Below, in pieces: positions 36,284 through 48,207 of a DNA stretch of 64,000 nucleotides (position 1 is the first letter of the stretch; each line of letters begins with the position of its first letter). The notes under the pieces are model-generated. The model had not been told where the DNA came from. It worked only from the letters and a program-made list of their open reading frames with translations, and did no database searches. The translations under genes were made by a program, and so were the position numbers. The stretch lies in assembly GCA_002633005.1 (NCBI GenBank), contig NMRA01000148.1, forward strand, positions 62,001 through 126,000, in the 5' to 3' direction. Origin of the DNA: Phoronis australis. Its lineage: Eukaryota; Animalia; Phoronida.

Positions 36284-39170
36284 AGATTGTCTCCCAGGCT
36301 TCGGCCTCAGATAACCCTCTAGGACACGATTGTAACGTATTTCTCCACTGATTTGAGAAAAAGTCATTGATGGCACAAAGACTGCCACTCATTGGATTAC
36401 ATAAAATCTTTCAAGAAATTCCATAGTTCTACAAGCATACGTAAAGTGGTCTTGTTAAAAGTCACGTTTCAGCGTGCGACTTATTGGATACATAGAAGTG
36501 TACCGGAGCGCCTACCGAAGCTGTACGTGCGCGGCTACGAGGACTGAATCTTGTGAAGCATGATTTTAGTGTACTTAACGTTAACTTCCGTTGATTGTCA
36601 GTAGAGTTGTATTCAGGAACGTTTAACTAATGAATTAGTATCCCCTGAGTACCGAGAAACACCGGCGTGATCATAATCGCCTAATTAATTGAAATATTGC
36701 GTGTTTCTTTAAAGGATATGTTTGCTACTCCACTGTCGCGAGATGAAGAGGCTGTGCATTGTTTTCCGAACATATCGTTGTTTGCTACGTCTTTGTAGTA
36801 AATGTTTAAACAGACAATTTAAGTCAACGTATTAGTACAGTTGATAGATTGTGGAATAATCAATCCATGCGACTGAACTCGTCACCCTATTACGTGACCA
36901 CTTTGTGGATCTCAAACTTAGTTACAAACGCACCTGTGCAACAAAATGTGCGTACCCTGCGTAATGAAGTTTTCTCCTCTCAATACCCTAAGCTCTTTAC
37001 ATCCCAGTCGCCTCCATGGCCTACTATTCAAGTGCAGACTTTTTGTACACTTTTGGCCTGCAAATATAGGTCTGGGCTTCTTGTTTCCTTTGAATGAAAA
37101 CTGTGATAACGAAGTCATCTCACTGACTTATGTCTTTACAAAACTAGAAATCAGAATTAAGACTCACCTAAATCACTGAAGCGTATTCGTAAAGATCGAG
37201 AGATTCGTCCAGCTACCCAATATACGAGCTACTGAAGGTCGTCATATATAGCCTAGAGTGAACCTATGTCTCTATCCTTGAACAAAATAAGGCAAAGACA
37301 GCGCTGAAATAACTTATATAAGACGTATCCTCGAGTCCGACTGAATTCGCGCTGCGTGTAATTTCGCGTTATTATGAATGGCGGGCAATACCATGGCAAC
37401 CATAATTAAATGAAAACGAATACAGAAGCCTTGTATTTAGAACGTTTTTTTTTCTCTTTTTCAGAAACATCGTGAACATCTCCATGAATAGCGTGGTTTG
37501 ATTGGTGGAGATCACAGTATTTTCGACGAATGGTTATCACGTGACCAAAAATGGCGTTACGGGTGACTGAATATTCATCGCAGTCAACCTCACTGCATTA
37601 GAGTATATGAACAACTTATCGCACGTCTGAACAAACAAGGCCCTGATAACCAACCAGCTCTATAGAGTTCACGATGCGTAACTTTTCGTCAGGAAAATTT
37701 GCAACGGCACCAATTTCCAAAATCGTGTCACGCCATTATGCCAACACCTGGAAGCGAGTAGTTGCTCGAACATTTCCGGATAAAATTGCATTCACTGTCA
37801 ATACAGAAAATTAATATGTTGTAGATATCTTCAATAACGTGCAAAACAGCATTACGATGACGGCATTTGTATTTTATCTTAATCACCTCTTTTCAGACAG
37901 ACATATACGCGACATTCGCCCGCCCAATTGGCGACTATGTATCCAAGGCAACACGCAGATTGGTCAAGTTATCAACTGCGCAGTATTTTAATAAAAATGC
38001 AACCCGTCGTTCTAATTACGTTGCTTCATCTGAACTCATTTCAGTTGAACCAGCCGCTGTTGCTTTAGGTGAGAATCGATAGTTACAGCAATGTCTTTGC
38101 GTAAATTAAAGGGACTGAATCTAAACGTCAGTTATAGTGAGTCTCATCTCAGTGCTAACAGCCGGCAAGGAAGGTCTAGAGACGCTTTCTATCGCATTCT
38201 AACCGATAATCGGAAAAAAGTAATGTTTGGTGTCAAATAATGCGGGAAAATTACCAGGGGTACTTATTATTTGCTAAAGTTCATTTCATTATTACATTGA
38301 ATAAACAGTTTTTAAATATAACACATTGTACTGAAAAGTACTGAAAAGACTGTTACAAAAAGAGCAATATCTATAGACTTGAAGATTTCTGTACACAAAA
38401 CTTTGTTTTCGATATCTAGGCAGAATTTCTTCCACATGACAAAATTTAATTTAAAGGTATATTGACTATTCCCTTGAGACATCCCGTTTCATCCGACAAT
38501 GGGAAGTGTCACATGTTCTGATTAAATATTTCGACATTCACAAGAACTCGGGTCGTGAAATAAAAGCCTTAAGTTTCTTGTTTTCTGTGATTATACTGTG
38601 TTTGGGATGGAACACATGGGTGACTATCAAGATTTTCTGCAAACAGACACTCAAATATAGACCCATGGGTGTAATTGACAACTACAGCAGGGAGGGTGAA
38701 GAATACAATTGAATGGTGGTACACTAATACCAAAGGAAAACGCGCGAGTGTGTTTCCGTTCCTACCATCGAACTCTATCCCACACTCATCAATCTTTGCT
38801 TGGGTACGTTCGAATCTCGCTCCATGCGCTCACAAAGGACTTGAAGTCCAGTGTTAATTCGTGTTATTCGCAAGTTGAGTGGAAATGATGAAACTGAGAA
38901 AACTGTTCAAGACCGGTTTCCAATAATCACTGTGAAACACAGCGGCTAACAGGAATGTTAGATTTCACTGTCTTTCACAGTGTGTGTGATTCTAAAACGC
39001 TGTAAATCACGGGATATTTTTGCTTGTTTATAGCTAGTCTCTTCAGTAATTAAGATGCTAGTTGGTAATGTCCCATGGGGTTTTCTGAGAGAAAGTGATT
39101 TCTTTGCTTGCTGCCAGACAATAGTAATTTAGGCTTTGAATTAATAACTGGTACTGTTTGCAGTACATAT

Positions 39171-39325
39171 CAGTTGCGGATTTAGGGAGGGGGGGCAAGA
39201 GAGCCATGCCCCCCTAAAATTCTCCCAGATTCCATTTGGCAGTTCGGGGGTGCGAATACCAGACGGGCAAAATCCTGGCTAATATTATACCCTGGTCCCT
39301 CCTCAAAATCCTGGATCCGCCCCTG
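39171..39325. mobile_element. MITE of the CAGTGGCGGATTTAG family (hAT5-like)
   Basis: Ends cagttgcggatttag / ctggatccgcccctg; flanks catat / cacat. Other copies or ends at about 3701, 47269, 48049-48207 and 48823. Confidence 0.7.
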
Positions 39326-41336
39326 CACATGAAGAGCAAAGAAGTCACAGAGAATTTTATTTCCACCGAATATGTCCTCATCAGTCTAGACATTGAGGGT
39401 GTTTCCAGAGAATGGCTAACTCGTACAAACATTAATTTGTTACTTCGCAGATAAAAGAAACGTCTTATCTTTCAGGGGCAACAGCAATCAGAATATTTTG
39501 AATGATGTCTTGCTGTTTCAGTGTTCCGAAAAATCAACCCATTTTCGGTGTACCGAAAATTTGTGCTACTATGAAGTCACATACAAAACTAGCTCAGTCT
39601 TTAGTAGAATTCTATTGAAACATGGACCTTTATGCAAAATTCCTAACCTGACCACAATGTAAAACCTCTCGCAAGGAAGTCAGACACCCTGTCGTTGGGA
39701 AAACGGCGGTGAAAACGACACAGGCCACTATAGACTGTCAAGAATTTCCAACAGAAATAAAAATAATCCTGATTTTCGTTCGTCTCAAGAATAGCTCCAA
39801 TGGATGGTTCCGACAAACGCAGTTAGGCCATGTGTAGGCCGATGCAAAGTCCTACACAGGCAAAACAAATATGGCGGAGGTTCCTTGCAAATGTACTACA
39901 GAAGCAGTTTCCCTACTATGTGTTTTTAATCATTTCACTTTAACTGTTAAAATTTATAGTTGCATTATCAAATGGACTATAGCACGAAGCGATATATCCA
40001 TGTAAGACGCCGGCCAGCTCATTGACACCCCAAGCTTTATGCATACGCATGTCTGATCGATTCAGACACCTTAGGTGCAGTTGTTGTTTCGCAATATACT
40101 CTTATGTTTGGTGCTCCGGTGAGCTGTTTCATAACACAAATAATCGTCAGAAAAAACTGTTTCCATGCATTATGACTACACTTGACTTTCTAGTGTCTGG
40201 TGGTCTAATATTAGATTTGTCTACAGTTGTCGACGAGGCCACGTTTCCTTGAGCAACACTGTCTTTCACATCTGTTGCAGATTTCATTGTTAGTTCACAT
40301 TAGATACTACCAAAAAAAATAACAATAATTGCGGAACGTCATGAAGGTCGCAAGCTCCAATTGACACAAACGTGCTGGTTGAATCAATTTTGTTTACATA
40401 TATTATTCTACTTAGTCAAGTTATATAGCATTGTAACGCCGAAGAGACCCTTTATCTAACGGTGCTATTTCCACCACAAACGGAGAAGCGACGGAAGGTG
40501 CTCTTGCGTTTTCAAATGGTGACGATTTCGGTATTTTGTCTCAAATTGCACGTAACTCTTTATAACGAACTGTTGTTTATTATCATTAAGTCTGGAGGTT
40601 TCTGAGAAACAACTCGAAAAGGCAAACTGCAAATCCCTATTAAACTACCACGTGTTGATAAATATATATCACAAAATCGGCAGGTCGGCTTACAAATTGT
40701 CTGTTAAGTCAATTTCGAGTTTTACTATTTTTGACCGACCGTTGAAGCTGCGCTGAATATAACTTCAATCACAGCCATTTCTTTTGGGCAGATTTATGTC
40801 AACTCGGCAGTGCGGCGTGTCTGATCCGTCTAATCATCTACCGAGGTGTTGTGTACATTTTTACGTGCTATTTATTCCCTTATTAAAGTACAAAAAATGA
40901 CAAATTCAAGAGATATTATCGATTTGTTTTGGAATTGGATAATTGTTGGTTGAGGTAGTTTTTTGTAGTGGTTAGCTTTGACTAGAGCTGTAAAACAACA
41001 AATTCCGTTGTGTTTCATGATTTTATTACAGATCGCCAATTCTCGCCGTTATCTACCAGACATTCGCTGAAATCAAGACCGGGGTCTTCACCAGTTCAAC
41101 ACCCTCACAATACTCTGCAATTGGGATTTAGCTATGCCAGCAGAGCGTTTGGATACGACTGTGGAGGTTACAGGTTTGAATCCTCGTATTGTGAGAGAAA
41201 TCAAAAACAACGGGACAGAGGATGCGAATAGTCTGAACTTGGTAAATAAAGGGCATGCATGGTAAAAGCCAAGCGCAGGCTTCTATCTCCTGCTGATGAG
41301 GAGGAGAAAGCAAATTTTGATAGACTTTAGTCTGAG

Positions 41337-41830
41337 CATAGACTATATAGTACATGGACCGTCAACTCCGAATATATTCGATGGACGAAATCTGTGGTCT
41401 TACGCACAAGCCGTGACGTCATTTTTCAGTAGCGACACCTGGCGAAATTAGCAATTTTATTTCCGGCAAGTACGTAGTCTGCTAATTATAATCGGCTGTT
41501 GTGTGGTTGGGTGTTCGGCCATTCAGACGAAATGTAAAGGACTAAGTTTCCACACCGCTGAAGTTTGAATTTTGCAATTACATGACCAGTAGTGCTGCCA
41601 AAAGTACCCACGATACCAACAGTTCTATTATTGGAAGACTTGGAACAGCGTTTCAATGCCGAAATAATTTTTTTTTTCGTTGTACTAGACAATAAAATAG
41701 ATGCGAGAATTTCCCGTCACAAAAAAACACTAACCGGAAACTGAAATAGATAATTTAGGAAAGTAGCGCCTCCTCTAGGATAGTACGCAAGAAAATGTCG
41801 GAAATGCGAATCTGTTGTCTATAATCCATG
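41337..41830 (+). mobile_element. P-element-superfamily non-autonomous element with THAP N-terminal stub
   Basis: 7-bp TSD GTCTGAG at 41330-41336 and 41831-41837; ends catagactatatag / ctataatccatg; 41488 onward reads IIGCCVVGCSAIQTKCKGLSFH. Confidence 0.8.
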
Positions 41831-42224
41831 GTCTGAGCAATCTATGGAGCAATAAACTTGCGGAAACCCAAGATCGAGTAAGTCTCTGCAAGATATCGCA
41901 TTAAAAGTTAAGCACGTGATCTATTACGCTACCATTACAAGCGAGATTGTTGCGTTTATGGAACTCAACAATATATGTAGTGATGATGACAATTGCATTT
42001 TTGGAGAGAGCGTAGATTTGTGGGATACGATCGAGTCCTTCAATCCAGAATTCAGAAAGTGACGGTCACAGAGGTGATCCTCTTCTCGGTAAGCTGGCAG
42101 CTAATTTGGGTAGATGCTTCCTGTTTACTCGCATCTATGATAAATTGAACTTCTGGCTACTTGAAATACAACCAAAATATGAATCTGAATCTGCAGTGAT
42201 TTCTATAGATATCACCGCTTACTA

Positions 42225-43566
42225 GAGCCTTGGTGCAAAGCTGTATACTAAATATATAGCTTTGCGCCGATGTGGATAAAAACTGAATAATTAAAATCTG
42301 ACTCAAAATTAGTGTCATTAAAAACTGCACTCTACCTGGAGTAAACTAAATTATTTACTCGTGTTAGAAAAATTGGCGTTCTACCCTTATCCTGCAGCTA
42401 AAATTGTGGAACGATCTTTTCCGTCGGCTTTCTGCGTCATGAAATGTTGCGTCACCTATTGGCCAGTTTCTTTTTTCGCCGATTCTTCATTCATTTGTTC
42501 TTTTTCAAAAGGTTGCGTACATGTCACAACAGTTTATTGGAAATGGTGTTATTTCCTTAGAAGTTTTTAGTATTTTCATAGCAGCAAACCGAACTTCAAA
42601 TTTTGCTACTGCGAAGCTGTCATCATCTCCAGAGAGAAAATGATTTTGCATCCACACCCGCCGGTCGTTTGCTCTATATGTCACGGTTGATGTAAGTTTC
42701 ACAACGAGGTGACAAAGAGAACTACCCGGGCTGTGTGAAATTTCCGGGTTTAATAGGGCTTAACACAGTAGTATCTAGCCAGCCAGCTAGCAGAATGAAG
42801 ATCGTCGTCAAAATACAGCTAAGCACCACTGTGTGCTGAGCTCTGACAGACCTCGAAATTGCACACAGCCCGGGCAGTTCCACTCGTCACCTCGCTGTGA
42901 AACTTGTAGAGCTAAAGACCGGCGGGGGTGCATGCAAAATCTGGGAGTACCGACACTCACCTTAACCCGTTAAGCGAAAAAATAAAATCTAATAAACGTC
43001 ATTTTTTTGCGTAATTTTCCGCCTTTTGTAACAATCAAGTATGTCGTCCTTTTGAAATCAGTGACACCTGCACGCACCATTTCATAAAATCTTGGTGAAA
43101 CCTGCCGGGAGACTATAACAGCTTCGCAGCAGCAACGTTTGTTTTGAATTTTAGGTTTGTTGGTATCAAAATTCTAAAAAATTATAATGAAGTGAAACCA
43201 GTTTCGATAATTTATTGTGACGTGTAGTCAACCGACAACGGTTGATTAAAAGAATCGGCGAAAAAAGAATCTGGCCAACATGTGACGCAATATTTCATGG
43301 CGCCGAAAGCCGACGCAAAAGATCGCTCCACAACTTTAGCAGCAGAATAACGGTAGAACGCCAATTTTCCAACCCCGGTAAATAATTTCGTTCACTCAAG
43401 GAAAAATGTAGTTTTTAATGGCACTAATTTTGTGTCAAATTTTATCTGGTCAGTTTTTTACCCACATCGGAGCAAAGCTGAATATTTAGCATCCAGCTTT
43501 GCGCCATGGCTAAGTGGTACCTAGCTGTAGTTTAACGATAGCTTCACACTGCTAGCTGGCTGGTTA
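42225..43566. mobile_element. Foldback element: long inverted arms plus a second interleaved inverted pair
   Basis: Arms at about 42225-42768 and 42830-43512 are reverse complements, the right arm carrying extra sequence at about 42940-43110. Loop 42776-42830 is the reverse complement of 43513-43566. A partial arm copy lies at about 59256-59341. Confidence 0.8.
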
Positions 43567-43667
43567 CGCCTCTTTGATTCACCGTTATCACACAACTTTT
43601 TGTGTATATACCGTGTCGCGTTATCTGCAAACGTTTGTGACTACTAAATTCTATATTTTAGTGATCT

Positions 43668-44081
43668 AGGCCCGGTCTCCAATCTTTTTACTCGAAATGG
43701 AACTCGAAATTAGGTTTGGCATTTTCTACTCTACTTTTGGGCGAACTCAAGATAAGTGTCTATTATTCTATGCTCGAGTACACAATAACTTACGTAGATA
43801 ATTTATGGCCCTTAGTTCACAGTTTGTAAACCCAATATTAAAGCAATAAGTTCGAGTTTGAACTCGAAATTTCGAGTTTTTACTCGAGTTTGTAGCACGA
43901 ATATAAGGGTTTTCAAGGGCAAACTTGAACTAGAAACTCCTATGCATAAACTATAATGTATTTGAGCACAGTCTGATGACCAATTATCTTAAGTTCGCAC
44001 AAAAGGAGCAGAGAAATTGCCAAAAATAGTTTCGAGTTAGTTTCGAGTTCGTTTCGAATACAAAGATTAGAGACCGGGCCC
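43668..44081. mobile_element. Palindromic MITE, PIF/Harbinger-like ends
   Basis: aggcccggtctccaatcttt / aaagattagagaccgggccc; symmetry runs almost to the centre, with many ctcgaaa/tttcgag motifs. Confidence 0.75.
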
Positions 44082-47000
44082 TAAACTATCTGGACGTCAA
44101 ACTTTCGTCTAGTATTGATTATAACATCCATCATTAATTTACATGTATTTCCCAAATCCTTGAAGTCTTCTTATTCAAAAACAATTTAAATTTAATTTGC
44201 AATTTAGATTAGGGATACCTGAAGTTAAGTAATAACCAAACCGCCTTTCGCCATTGACTATATAACTTTTGTACCCCAGAAATAGAAGAGCGCTACCAAA
44301 AATGTGGACCGTGAACATAAAGAACCCAATTCTAACCTTAATTATTGAAATGAATGACATAACCCTTTGAAGAAGTTCAAAAGCATCAAAATAATTTAAA
44401 ACAATTTTAGGTAGGTTTGCACTTCCGGATAATTCAGACCCTTAAAATGCACGATTATCCTTAATTTGTATATTCATTGAAAGATATTATTTCAGTATTT
44501 ATAACTTGTCTTTTCGTGGACATCTTTATGTGATACACTATAAAAATCCTCCCCCACACCAAATGAAGACAATAGTCACTTTGTTATCTAAAGGAGAAAA
44601 CTGTTTTTCAAAATGTGGGACCCCTGTTAGTGACTATTACCCATAATGAGCTTGCCCAGAAAATTTTGACTTCCTTATGTACTTTGGAAAAGAAATGGTG
44701 ACTCACCCCTCCTCCTGTTAAATCTTGTCCAGTCCCACATACCTGTGATGTTACACTGGTGTGTCTTTTCGTGCTTGTCTGTCTATACCAGAAACGTTTG
44801 CAGTAGCATTTTACTCATTGCGTCGAACGAACTGAGGGATATTTCATCGTGTGGATGATTCCCGCTTTATCTGTTGAGTTGGATATAGTTTGAAGCATTT
44901 GCGTGAATTTCAAAAGGAATCGCCCACAGGCCGTTTGAAACTTTATCGTGCATTTTGTGACAAATAGTTTTCAGACTTCGGATATCTTTATTTACGGTCC
45001 CAATTAATCAGTACAATTTGTTATTCTTTGGAGTTTTGTTATTTTCATTATCGCTACAGTCTAAACTCGATGACTTTATCACATAACATGTAAATTGATT
45101 GCAAAACCTTGACTTGCAAGTCGTCAAAAGGGATTAGCACGAAGGGCCATCTATGGTCACATATTGGCCTACATGGAAACTTACGAAAATCCATTGCAGG
45201 GCGCCTAACTCACTCACGGACAGGCCTGATATTGTCCATTACCTGGTACAACAGTCATTCTTATTGTTAGGACATGCAAACCCTTATTTTTATGCAAGCA
45301 ACGTGTTTGTTTCATTGTGTTTGCTGTAATTATTGAACGAACTCGTTCTGCCTATCGGTGATCCTACCAATACCATATAAGGGGTGGAATCTACACGAAA
45401 ATCCTTTGGGATTTGGATTAAACTGTGACAATTTATTATATTTGAGAGAGCAAGCCCACAAGCTGGTAGGTAATTCAACTTTGTTGGCATAGCCTCTCTT
45501 GAATTACATAAGTCTTTTTGAGTATATTTTCAGAATAAATACCAAGAAGAAAGCAGACCTCTTCCAACAACCGCTGTTGATCAATCAGTGCTCCTTGCTG
45601 AGAACTGAACTAATAACGATGGCGTTATTCACCCAAAATGCCGACTAAATATTTTGCATTAGTTTCAACTAGCCTATATACCCGTCTTGAATAATTTTTT
45701 GTGTTTGAGTCCGTCTGTATAGGTCCGGTCAACGGAGCCCAGGGTCTCCACACAACATGCCTGTGTTTATAAATAACAAAAACCTTCACACCAAAATACT
45801 TATTTCAAAAAAACTGTGGCCGGTATATGCTAATACTACGTGACACTTATCCATCTAGACTGTTTGAACGTGCCGTTTTCAAATCTTCCATTACTTACCT
45901 GTTAAACCTGTTCTGACTGGCGCTGTTTGCCTAATGATCAGTGGAAATGTTAAAAAGTGCACGCTCTCGGTTCCATTTAAAGTAATGTTGATGAAACCAA
46001 CAATCGGAACTGAAAAGTTTAGAAGCCTTACGGAGCAATATCAGTATGTCCGGTAGGTATTCAGCACTGTCAACACATTAAAATAGTTGTCAAATACTTC
46101 ACGTCTTTATGGCAAACAAATTTACTTACACAAATGTCATAGGTAAGGCGAAGTGACCACAGCGGAAACCGAACTGTAAATTATCGCCTGATCGTTTACG
46201 TTACCTAAGCAGCACTTGGCGTTGAAAGTAAAGCAAGGTGTCTATCTGTTTAATGATAGATACTGGTATATTACGGAACTTAGTTAAATACATTCATATC
46301 TAAAATCGATGTTTATTGCTATCATTGCCCTGTTACGAGTAATTTACTGCATTTAGTTCCTACATAATTTCTTGAGCGAGACGATGACTCTACCGTTTAT
46401 CTTCGAAAAAATACTCAATCAGTTACCAAATATATGAGGTCTCTTGAATGAGTATCTTTTTAATCGATTTTCAAACAATTCAACTGGAGTTAAAATGTAG
46501 AAAAGAAAGTACAGGAGCTAGGTTTTTTGTTTGAATTACACCTTGATTGACAATGTCTAATTATGCCTCAGATTTACCGTAAATGAAACTACACGTACAA
46601 GTTTTAACCATTTCTGAACTATATCATGTCATTCTAGGAAATAACTAGCTAACTAACACTAGAACAGTGTGTAGAGTTGGGAGAACTTACAGTCTGAACA
46701 TTTGCAATTGACGCGGATCTGTTTGCAGGAAATGCAACGAAAAATCCGTTTTGCTACAAGGATATGTGGATATCAATACGCGGCAAGACATCAAAAATTC
46801 GTCGCCTTGGAGACTGGACCGTACCCGAAGTCAGACATTGCACGGTTGTTCAACATAGATGCATATTAGGAGTTACGCGAACATTTTCCCATCAGTTCAA
46901 AAACTATGTTTGGATACCCTATGCGACATCCAAGATCCGTCAGTGCGTATCTCCATGTGTACTGGGAGTCTATAGATGCATACGAATAATTACTGACAAA

Positions 47001-48048
47001 ATAGTTCACGGTGCGTCTTTAGATGCAAACGAATAGTTACTGACAAAATAGCACACGGTAAATTTATGAGAAAATATGGTGCTGTTACTAAACTAATTGT
47101 CATAATTGTGTTTTTCAGTTCACGGAAACTGGTGAGTGATAAATATTATAGACACAGTTTTGTGTTTAATCTGCTGTGAAATATCTGATATTAGCTAGTT
47201 TAATATTGTTGACACGATAACCAGAACTAAATTGGATTTCTCTACAGTTCATACGACAACGATAATGAGCAGTGCCGGATTTAGGAGGGTGGGGGGACAA
47301 AGGAAGCAATTGCTCCGGGTCCACCTCCAACAGAGATACTTCTCCAAGAGGAGAATCCCATAACATGGAATTACATGCTATTTGAAGGAATTATCGGGTA
47401 TCCCACCAGCATTGAAGGATGCACAATTTCATTTATGTGCAGCCGGGATTTTAGCAGCAATCCATATTCGGAACCCCTCATACAATAAAGGACTACTTTA
47501 ATATGAACGGATACATTATTTTAAAAACACGATAATAGTGACAATTGACGTTGCATGTCCCGTTCCTTCAAGAGGAGAAGGTAAAGAGCGACAGTTGATT
47601 CGACCAATCTATGCAGTTAGGCCACGACGTTGCGAATACAGTGGTTACATGGCAGTAGTCCGGAGGTGTGCATGTTTCTCTGAACGCGTTTCTTCCGTAC
47701 GTCACTAAATGGACGTGAAAACCATATGAAAACATTTTCAAAAATGTTACTGCTGTCGCAGCTTTTGGCTTGATTCTCGCGATGGTTTCCGGTCGCATCA
47801 GCGAGTTTCGCAGAATGCTGTTGCGAAGTTCCACGAGCTCAAAGCCCTTGATCCCATTTATAGATTACGTCAGCTCATTGACACACCAAGCTTCATTCAT
47901 ACGGGTGTCTTGACTGATTCAGTAGACACCATAGGTACATTAGCCTTGGTTCAAACTGAACTCCTGTGCTCGGCCACAAAACTAGGTGTTCCGGTCACTG
48001 GCGTAGCGAGTTTTTCTATTTGGCGCACGCGGGCAGCAGTATATCTTT

Positions 48049-48207
48049 CATAGGCGGATTTAGGGGGGGGGGGGGCAGGGGGCCCGAGTAAAACCCCCTC
48101 CCGACCTCCCCCCATTCGGTGCTATGCGCATCTACAATCGTAGGTGGCGCAAATGTTTACAGAAAAAAAAGTTGGGCCCCCCTTGTGATATCCTAGATCC
48201 GCCACTG
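48049..48207. mobile_element. MITE of the CAGTGGCGGATTTAG family
   Basis: cataggcggatttagggggg ... ctagatccgccactg; internal segment repeated at about 48440-48530. Confidence 0.7.

Noticed and set aside
39355-39392. Minimal hammerhead ribozyme on the minus strand (CTGATGAG GAC..GTG GAAA)
   Set aside because: Stem II has a mismatch, and no stem I, stem III or cleavage triplet can be formed.
41125-41190. tRNA gene
   Set aside because: Only a T-arm-like caggtttgaatcct is present; there is no acceptor stem or proper D arm. At most a decayed SINE head.
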